Virus record (IMG/VR): IMGVR_UViG_3300024935_000002 | Source: an uncultured virus (IMG/VR IMGVR_UViG_3300024935_000002) | Taxonomy: Duplodnaviria > Heunggongvirae > Uroviricota > Caudoviricetes | Reading direction: 5' to 3' (one strand) | DNA: 64,000 bases | Shown: one piece after another, positions 57,785-64,000 of the stretch | How the letters are laid out: every line of letters starts with the position of its first letter | Position numbering within the stretch: the stretch's first letter is position 1 | Translations under genes and position numbers: made by a program | The notes under the pieces: model-generated | Told to the model about the DNA's origin: nothing | Database searches by the model: none | Seen by the model: the letters and a program-made list of their open reading frames with translations, nothing else

Positions 57785-58104
57785 GCAATTTCATGCAGGA
57801 GGCCAACGCCATCGCTGCCACGCTGCGCGGTAAGGCCCCGTTGCGAGGCAAGGCCAAGCCACCGGGCCGTCGTGCGCCGGACGGCCAGCCAACGCCTCGC
57901 AACCTGGATGTGCTGGCATACGCACGCGAATTCTTCGCTGAGAACGATCAGTTGCCGACCATCAAGTGCATCCGTGAGCACTTCGGCTGGGTGTCGGACG
58001 GTGCGGCCGACTTCCACGTGCAGGCGCTGATCCGCCACGGCAAGCTGGAGCGCAACGTGCTGGGCAAGTTGCGCTTCGCCCGCGAGAAGGGCGGTGCACA
58101 GTGA
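57781..58104 (+). CDS. LexA-type wHTH protein
   Basis: LPTIKCIREHFGW...FHVQALIRHGKL. Confidence 0.6.
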   Translation: MSNFMQEANAIAATLRGKAPLRGKAKPPGRRAPDGQPTPRNLDVLAYAREFFAENDQLPTIKCIREHFGWVSDGAADFHVQALIRHGKLERNVLGKLRFAREKGGAQ

Positions 58105-58637
58105 GAACCATTGAAGAGATCAAGGGCCGCTGCGTCATCACTGAGGACGGGCACTGGCTGTGGCGCGGCGCTCTGCGCCATGACGGCCGCCCCAATATCT
58201 ACGCGCCGGACTACACCCGCGCCGATGGAGGAATGCGGACCCAGTGCGGCATGCGCGCGGTATGGCATTGCCTCAACGAGCAGGCCGTGCCGGAGGGCTA
58301 TCGCGTGTTTGGTACCTGCGATGAGCTTGCCTGCTGCAACCCGGCACACATCAAGTGCACAAAGGTGGCCGACTATGGCGCCTGGCTGCAGCGCACAGGT
58401 AAGTTGAAGGGGCAGACAAATCGCATCCTTGCGAATCGGGCGATAGGGCGCCAGCGGGCTCTCCTGAACCCGGAGCAGATCCTGTACGTGCAGACGAGCA
58501 AGAAGACCGGCGTTGAGCTGGCCGAGGAACTGGGGGTGAGCACTTCGGTGTTGAGCAAGTATCGCCGGGGTGAATCCATCGCGGTGCGTGCGGACAACGG
58601 GCTGTTTTCTGCCCTGATCGCAGGAGGCCGCCCATGA
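58101..58637 (+). CDS. HNH-like plus HTH protein
   Basis: HWLWRG, CDELACCNPAH, C-terminal HTH. Confidence 0.6.
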   Translation: MRTIEEIKGRCVITEDGHWLWRGALRHDGRPNIYAPDYTRADGGMRTQCGMRAVWHCLNEQAVPEGYRVFGTCDELACCNPAHIKCTKVADYGAWLQRTGKLKGQTNRILANRAIGRQRALLNPEQILYVQTSKKTGVELAEELGVSTSVLSKYRRGESIAVRADNGLFSALIAGGRP

Positions 58638-59062
58638 GCCTGATTCTTGGCATGGACCCCGGCGCCAGCACGGGCGTGGCGCATTTTGTGGACGGCCAGC
58701 TCGTGCACCTGGACACCATCAAGCCAGTGGAGATCGAGCGCACGATCCGCGAAATGATGCCTGCGCGCGTGGTCTTTGAGGACTCGCGCCTGGAGACTCG
58801 CACCTGGAACGCGCGCACCAAGGGTGCCTACGGCGCAGCGCTGGCCACCGCGCGCAGCCTGGGGCAGGTCGATGCATGGTGCCGCCTCATTACGGAGGTG
58901 TGCAGTGAGCTGGGTGTGCCGGCGCACGGCATCAGCCCAACGGCCAAGGGCCCGAAGCGCGGGGCCGAGAACTTCGCCGTCTACACGGGCTGGACGCACA
59001 GCAGCAACCAGCATGAGCGCGATGCGGCCATGGTGGCGTGGCCATACAGGAGCGCCCGGTGA
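58634..59062 (+). CDS. RuvC-like resolvase
   Basis: ILGMDPGASTG, VFE, HERDA. Confidence 0.7.
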   Translation: MSLILGMDPGASTGVAHFVDGQLVHLDTIKPVEIERTIREMMPARVVFEDSRLETRTWNARTKGAYGAALATARSLGQVDAWCRLITEVCSELGVPAHGISPTAKGPKRGAENFAVYTGWTHSSNQHERDAAMVAWPYRSAR

Positions 59063-59268
59063 AGTGCGCTTTCTGCAATCGCCCCATGCTGGCCGCCGCT
59101 GTGTTTGTCGGCGCTCTGCCCATTGGGCCCACCTGCGCGCGCAAGGCTGGCTTGCTGGAGCTGGCGCGCAAGAAGTCGGGCGTGCTGCGCCTGGGGCGTC
59201 CGAGCGCGGGCCTTCGCCGCCCGGACCCGCAGACCCTGGATCTGTTCGCGGAGGTCGGTCATGAATGA
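59059..59268 (+). CDS. Small Cys protein
   Basis: CAFC...GPTC. Confidence 0.55.
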   Translation: MKCAFCNRPMLAAAVFVGALPIGPTCARKAGLLELARKKSGVLRLGRPSAGLRRPDPQTLDLFAEVGHE

Positions 59269-59644
59269 CGAGTTCACTGTCATCGAGGCCATCGACCACA
59301 TGCGGGAACTCATTGAAGCGGAGCTACGTGCGCCGCGTAAGCCCTTTGTTCTGGTCATCCCGCCGCAACTTGCCGTGGACATGGCCCGCGAGGTGGACCG
59401 TACTGCCATCGCCGAATTCACGCGTGACGAGGACGGGGTAGCCCTGGTGCGAGTCCTCCAAGTGCGCGACCGCGATGCGCTGACCGATGGCGAACGGGAT
59501 TTGTTGGGGTTCGTGAACGGATTGCACTTCACCGAGTTGAAGCCGATCAGCCCCCTCGTGTATCGCGCCCCGCGCCTCAATCCCAAAGACCACATGGCCC
59601 ACCTTCGCAAGGTTACGGGCCAGGACTGGAGGGGCCGCCGATGA
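59261..59644 (+). CDS. Hypothetical protein
   Basis: GGAGG RBS. Confidence 0.55.
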   Translation: MNDEFTVIEAIDHMRELIEAELRAPRKPFVLVIPPQLAVDMAREVDRTAIAEFTRDEDGVALVRVLQVRDRDALTDGERDLLGFVNGLHFTELKPISPLVYRAPRLNPKDHMAHLRKVTGQDWRGRR

Positions 59645-59973
59645 GCGAAACCGTGGACCCACAGCGCGCCGTCGATTTCCTCATCGAGCACTCGCGCAAA
59701 TACGCCCAGGCCAAGGCCGACCGCGTGCACCTGGAGCACTTCCGCAAGAGCAAGAAGGCGCTGCTGATGAACGCCTGCCAGGAAAAAGCCGTGGCGGCCC
59801 GCGAGCAGTACGCCTACAGCCACCCCGAATACATCGCGCTGCTCGAAGGCCTGCGCGAGGCCGTGCGCGTGGAGGAAGCACTGCGCTGGCGCCTGACCGC
59901 CGCACAGCTCCGTGTTGAGGTGTGGCGCAGCGAGAACGCCAACAACCGCCGCTTGGAAGGAGCCACCCGGTGA
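59641..59973 (+). CDS. Conserved helical phage protein
   Basis: REQYAYSHPEY motif, coupled. Confidence 0.6.
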   Translation: MSETVDPQRAVDFLIEHSRKYAQAKADRVHLEHFRKSKKALLMNACQEKAVAAREQYAYSHPEYIALLEGLREAVRVEEALRWRLTAAQLRVEVWRSENANNRRLEGATR

Positions 59974-60227
59974 CAGAGAACGAGAAGACCCTGGCCCGCG
60001 CTCTGGCCGCGTGCTGCTTCAAGCCCGGCATCGGTACCAAGCGCTTCGCCAAGGACATGGCAGCACGCGCCGCGCTGCCCGATGCCCAGGCGCTCACGCC
60101 CGCCCAGCGCCGCTACCTGCTCACGGCCACCGTGCGGTACCGCCGTCAGATTGCCGGTGACGTGGTGGCCCTGGCCGAACGCGAGCTGGAGGCAGATGCC
60201 CTGTCCGATGGGGGTGTGCCGTGCTGA
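59970..60227 (+). CDS. Hypothetical protein
   Basis: GTGA overlap. Confidence 0.5.
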   Translation: MTENEKTLARALAACCFKPGIGTKRFAKDMAARAALPDAQALTPAQRRYLLTATVRYRRQIAGDVVALAERELEADALSDGGVPC

Positions 60228-60751
60228 CCCGTCGTACCCCCCTCAAGCGCACGGCCATGGCCCGCACGATATTCAAGACCCGTTCCCTAGGTCCATCGGT
60301 CTTCATGCTTCGGGACCAGCGCCTGGAAGAACGCGCAGCGCGCGCCATGGCTTCGGCCACTCCGCGAGCTTCGGTGATTGCCTGCGCGGTCGCCTGCTCC
60401 ACTCCCGTGCTCAAAGACACCCCGCTGCGCAGCGAGAAATACCGCCGCGCCGTGGCCAGCCTGCCGTGCGCGCACTGCCAGGTCGCAGGCTACAGCCAGC
60501 ACGCCCACGAGAACGCGGGCAAGGGCAAAGGCCAGAAGGTGGACGACCGCCGCGCCATGCCCCTGTGCTGCACCCGCCCCGGCATCGAGGGCTGCCACGT
60601 TGCTTTCGACCAGTACCGCCTGGTGACCGGTGGCCGTGAGGCGCATGTGGCACTGGGCCGCGCCATGGCTGCCCAGACCCGCCACCAGCTCAACACCATG
60701 GGCCTTTGGCCCGCAGGAATCCCGCAGTTCACCGAAGACGAGGAAGCATGA
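60221..60751 (+). CDS. DUF968-like HNH-type protein
   Basis: LPCAHC..HAH..GKG.GQKVDD..MPLC...CH. Confidence 0.65.
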   Translation: MLTRRTPLKRTAMARTIFKTRSLGPSVFMLRDQRLEERAARAMASATPRASVIACAVACSTPVLKDTPLRSEKYRRAVASLPCAHCQVAGYSQHAHENAGKGKGQKVDDRRAMPLCCTRPGIEGCHVAFDQYRLVTGGREAHVALGRAMAAQTRHQLNTMGLWPAGIPQFTEDEEA

Positions 60752-61350
60752 CCGAAACCACCCAGCAACAGATTGCCACCCCAGGGGCTGAGCCCATCGA
60801 GCCCACGAAGCCGATCCCGAGCACGGAGCGCGTGTACTGCGCGGTGCGCGACCTGCGGAGTGTGGATCAGATCGCCACGCGCGAGACGGTGGCCGAGCTC
60901 ACCGGGCTGAAACTGTCCATCGTGGACGACCGCCTGCGCGCGCTGGTCGATGACAACCGCCTCAAGCGCCTGCTGCGTGGCATTTACGAGCTGGTGGAGA
61001 CTTACCCGCCAAAGCGCAACATCAGCAAGACGATCCTGGATAGCGGCTACGTGATGATCGAAATCACGGGCCGCAAGGGCGTCCCCGATGTCGTGCTCCA
61101 CCTGACGCCGGACGAGGACCGTGCCCTGTCCATGCTGTCCGTGGGCTCTGCGGGGCAGGCCATCCTCATCAACAGCACCAACCAGCACCTCTATCTGGCG
61201 ACCGAGCTGGCGGCCAAGGTGGAGGCGCAGGGCCGCGAGCTGAAATCCATGCGCGATTTGCTGCAAGGGAAGCTGGACGCGCGCCAGCAGGATCTGTTGG
61301 GCTTCACCGGCCCCGAAGACGCCGTTTTTCGTGAAGGGACCAAGGCATGA
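60748..61350 (+). CDS. wHTH DNA-binding protein, candidate late regulator
   Basis: TRETVAELTGLKLSIVDDRL...RGIY. Confidence 0.55.
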   Translation: MTETTQQQIATPGAEPIEPTKPIPSTERVYCAVRDLRSVDQIATRETVAELTGLKLSIVDDRLRALVDDNRLKRLLRGIYELVETYPPKRNISKTILDSGYVMIEITGRKGVPDVVLHLTPDEDRALSMLSVGSAGQAILINSTNQHLYLATELAAKVEAQGRELKSMRDLLQGKLDARQQDLLGFTGPEDAVFREGTKA

Positions 61351-62063
61351 ACACGCTGATGACCATGGCCGCAGGCCAGCCACTGACGATGAGCACGCGG
61401 GAGATCGCCGCGCTCACGGGCAAGGAGCACCGCAACGTGCTGCGCGATGCGCGCGCCATGCTGGTGGAACTTCACGGCCCCCGGGGGGTGCTCAAATTTG
61501 AGCAGACCCACCGTGACATCCAGAACGGACAGCTTTACCCCATCCTGGCGCTGCCCAAGCACGAAACGCTGGTGCTGGTGTCCGGCTACAGCCTGCAGCT
61601 GCGCAGCCGCATCATTGCTCGCTGGCAGGAGCTGGAGGATGGGCAGGGCGTCCCCAAGACCTTCGCCCAGGCCCTGCGCCTGGCTGCCGAGCAGCAGGAG
61701 CAGATTGAACTGCAGCAGGCCGCGCTGGAGGCAGCCCGCCCGAAGGTGGTGTACGCCGACGCCATGCTGAACTCGGACGGCACGGTGCTGGTCCGTGACG
61801 CGGCCAAAACCATCGGCGTGCCCGTGCGCAAGCTGGAGAAGGCTTTGCGCCAGAAGGGCGTGATCCTGCCCGACAACGCCCCGGCCGCGCGCTACGTGGC
61901 CCAAGGCTACTTCAAGGAATCGCTGCACACCTTCGACACGAACACGCGCGGGCGCCAGCTCAGCCGCGTGGCGCGCGTGACCGGGCGGGGCCTAGAGTTC
62001 CTGCGCCGGTTTGTGGAGCGCCATGCTGATCTGTTCTCCCAAGCGCCGCGTGCGAGCGTTTGA
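61347..62063 (+). CDS. Rha/KilAC antirepressor
   Basis: MSTREIAALTGKEHRNVLRD, PKTFAQALRLAA, RPKVVYAD. Confidence 0.85.
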   Translation: MNTLMTMAAGQPLTMSTREIAALTGKEHRNVLRDARAMLVELHGPRGVLKFEQTHRDIQNGQLYPILALPKHETLVLVSGYSLQLRSRIIARWQELEDGQGVPKTFAQALRLAAEQQEQIELQQAALEAARPKVVYADAMLNSDGTVLVRDAAKTIGVPVRKLEKALRQKGVILPDNAPAARYVAQGYFKESLHTFDTNTRGRQLSRVARVTGRGLEFLRRFVERHADLFSQAPRASV

Positions 62064-62145
62064 AAAAAGAAATACGGAAAACAGTTGACTGAGTTGATTT
62101 GGGTAATACATAATTCAATCACACCAACCCCAAGGAGTGATTGAA

Positions 62146-62469
62146 ATGGAAATGCAAATTGGCAAGGGCCGCGACGGCTGGGAAGCAAAGACCGCTATCG
62201 AAATGGGAGCGGCAAACCGCGTGCTGATCGTGAGCACTGGCAAGACGAATGGCGGAATGGTCACGCGCGCAGTGGTCAACACCGACAACAAAGACGGGTT
62301 CCTGACCTGGGATATGTTTGGCGACTACAGCGCCCGCACGGTCTACAAGGGCGCGCGCTGCACTGAAAAGACGGTGCGCGAGCTGCACCAGTTGGCCCTG
62401 AGCAAGATCGAGGAAACCCTGGCCGCCGCGCGCGCCCACTACGCGGCCAAGGAAGGCGCCGCAGCATGA
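62146..62469 (+). CDS. Hypothetical protein
   Basis: Own AT-rich upstream region with TTGACT/CATAAT. Confidence 0.6.
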   Translation: MEMQIGKGRDGWEAKTAIEMGAANRVLIVSTGKTNGGMVTRAVVNTDNKDGFLTWDMFGDYSARTVYKGARCTEKTVRELHQLALSKIEETLAAARAHYAAKEGAAA

Positions 62470-62729
62470 ACAAACAACGCCGCACCAAACTGGCCGAGCT
62501 GCGCGACCGCATGAGCGAGCTGCAGGATCAAGCCAGCACGCTCATGACCGACCTGCAGGATGTTCTCAACGAGGAACAGGACTACCTGGACAACATGCCA
62601 GAGAGCCTGCAGGAGGGGGAGAAGGGTCAGAAGGCCCAAGCCGCCATCGACCTCATGGAAAACATCATCAGCGGTATCACCGAGTTCACCGACCTGGACA
62701 CCGATGATCTCGACGCAGCCGCGGAGTGA
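62466..62729 (+). CDS. Conserved acidic helical phage protein
   Basis: MNKQRR...EEQDYLDNMPESLQ. Confidence 0.65.
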   Translation: MNKQRRTKLAELRDRMSELQDQASTLMTDLQDVLNEEQDYLDNMPESLQEGEKGQKAQAAIDLMENIISGITEFTDLDTDDLDAAAE

Positions 62730-62740
62730 AGGAGCCCGCC

Positions 62741-63055
62741 ATGCCTATCGACTTCTCAAACCTGTTCAACGCCGCCCGCGAGCAGATCGCGGAGCGCATC
62801 CAGAACATCCGCGATGACCGGCACAACTTTTACACCCAGGAAGACCTGGAATCCGCCGAGCTGGAGCGGTCCCGCATCGAGCAGGAAATCGCCGCCGTGA
62901 CCAAGACGCTTGATCTTGCGAGCGTGGCCTGTGCTGCCCTGGAGAACATCATGTTGGACCCCAAGGCCCGCAACGCCATGACCACCGGGGACCAGCAAGG
63001 CCGGGACAAACTGGCCGACGAGCTGCGCGCCCACCTTGACGCCATTGGAGCTTGA
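62741..63055 (+). CDS. Hypothetical protein
   Basis: AAGGAG RBS. Confidence 0.55.
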   Translation: MPIDFSNLFNAAREQIAERIQNIRDDRHNFYTQEDLESAELERSRIEQEIAAVTKTLDLASVACAALENIMLDPKARNAMTTGDQQGRDKLADELRAHLDAIGA

Positions 63056-63059
63056 CACC

Positions 63060-63557
63060 ATGACCATCACCCACACATCCACACGCCTCACGCATCGCGC
63101 CAACGGCAATGCCAACAGCTACACCCTGCTGGACGACCAGGGCGAGTGGTTCATGAGCATGCTGGTGAACGGCAGACAGATGGAAGCCCGCCAGCAGGCC
63201 AACCTGCGCCGCTTGGCCGCGTGCTGGAACGCTTGCGAGGGAATCAGCACCGAAGCCCTGGAGACTGGGCCGGGCATGCTGGCCGCATTCCAGAGCGAGC
63301 AGGACCGCGCCGATAGAGCCGAGCGCACCCTGGAGCAAGCCCAACCCACCGGCCAGCGCCACTACGCCGTGACCGGCCGCCTGCGCGGCGACGATGAGGA
63401 CACCCTGTTGCTGCTGACCGCCGAGAACCACGACCAAGCCGCCGAGGGGTTCAAGACCGAGTTGCGCGCCATCCGCAACGTGGACCCAGATGATCCGTAC
63501 AGCGCCGAAATCTTCATCGGCGCCGTGGTGTGGAGCGCCACGCCCATCCAGGAATGA
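63060..63557 (+). CDS. Hypothetical protein
   Basis: GGAG RBS; ANLRRLAACWNACEGI motif. Confidence 0.6.
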   Translation: MTITHTSTRLTHRANGNANSYTLLDDQGEWFMSMLVNGRQMEARQQANLRRLAACWNACEGISTEALETGPGMLAAFQSEQDRADRAERTLEQAQPTGQRHYAVTGRLRGDDEDTLLLLTAENHDQAAEGFKTELRAIRNVDPDDPYSAEIFIGAVVWSATPIQE

Positions 63558-63581
63558 CTGCCACCCAGTAGGATTGCGCCC

Positions 63582-63767
63582 ATGACGACCGAGAGCAAAC
63601 CCAAGCGCCCACCCAACGACCGAGGCCAGGGCCGAAAGCCCAAGCCCGCCGAAGAGCTCAAGGTTGTTGTGCCACTACGCCTGAGCCCAGCGCACAAGGC
63701 AAAGCTCAAAGCCCTGGGCGGCGCCGAGTGGGTGCGTACCAAGCTGGACGAGCTACCAGACCAGTAA
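63582..63767 (+). CDS. Ribbon-helix-helix DNA-binding protein
   Basis: RGQGRKP...VPLRL...LGGAEWVR. Confidence 0.65.
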   Translation: MTTESKPKRPPNDRGQGRKPKPAEELKVVVPLRLSPAHKAKLKALGGAEWVRTKLDELPDQ

Positions 63768-63803
63768 CCCACACCACCCCCAGGCCGCCCACTGCGCGGC
63801 CCA

Positions 63804-63841
63804 GCATAGGGTTAGGCCAATCCCCCATGCCCCGGAAGACT
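63804..63841 (+). promoter_or_regulatory. Late promoter motif copy 8 (GCATAGGGT-N23-AAGACT)
   Basis: Conserved motif before the last ORF. Confidence 0.75.
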
Positions 63842-63848
63842 CCCGGGC

Positions 63849-64000
63849 ATGGCCAAACCCCCAGCGGGCAAGAAGTCCGCACCCCCCAGTAAGAAGACCC
63901 CCACCAAGCCTGCAGCCCCCAAGAAGGCCGCAGGCTCAGTCACGCCTGCGCGCAAGGCAGCACCGGCCAAGAAGGCGCCCGCAGCAAGCGCCAAGCCTCC
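63849..64000 (+). CDS. Probable terminase small subunit N-terminus (partial), Lys/Ala/Pro-rich
   Basis: MAKPPAGKKSAPPSKKTPTKPAAPKKAA... open to the window end; would precede terL on the circle. Confidence 0.5.
   Translation, partial: MAKPPAGKKSAPPSKKTPTKPAAPKKAAGSVTPARKAAPAKKAPAASAKP

Noticed and set aside
1..64000. tRNA, rRNA, IS elements or host flanking genes
   Set aside because: None recognisable; the intact attP indicates the excised or circular form

Overview
The window covers nearly a whole GC-rich temperate podovirus-type phage genome in excised or circular form: the integrase and excisionase flank an intact attP. It begins in the last codons of the large terminase and ends at the start of a probable small terminase. 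The plus-strand late arm (1-34523) encodes portal, scaffold, N4-gp56-type capsid, tail and ejection proteins, a 2994-aa polyvalent protein, tail fibres, lysis genes and anti-defence sponge fusions. After int/attP/xis comes a minus-strand early arm (methyltransferases, MazG-like, J-domain, ERF/exonuclease), a lambda-like cI/cro switch, a replication gene with iterons and nin-like genes. The most notable observations are: (1) a membrane moron, placed between two ejection-protein genes, whose predicted periplasmic tail (KYLSDEEVGF) mimics a motif present twice at the N-terminus of the giant virion protein, a candidate decoy-type superinfection exclusion system; (2) a conserved GYATAGGGY-N23-NANNNT late-promoter motif at eight sites; (3) a proteasome-beta-like Ntn-hydrolase moron; (4) tandem double-domain nucleotide-sponge genes; (5) an attP core encoding an xth (ExoIII)-like N-terminus. 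All assignments come from motif recognition by eye, and no database searches were run.
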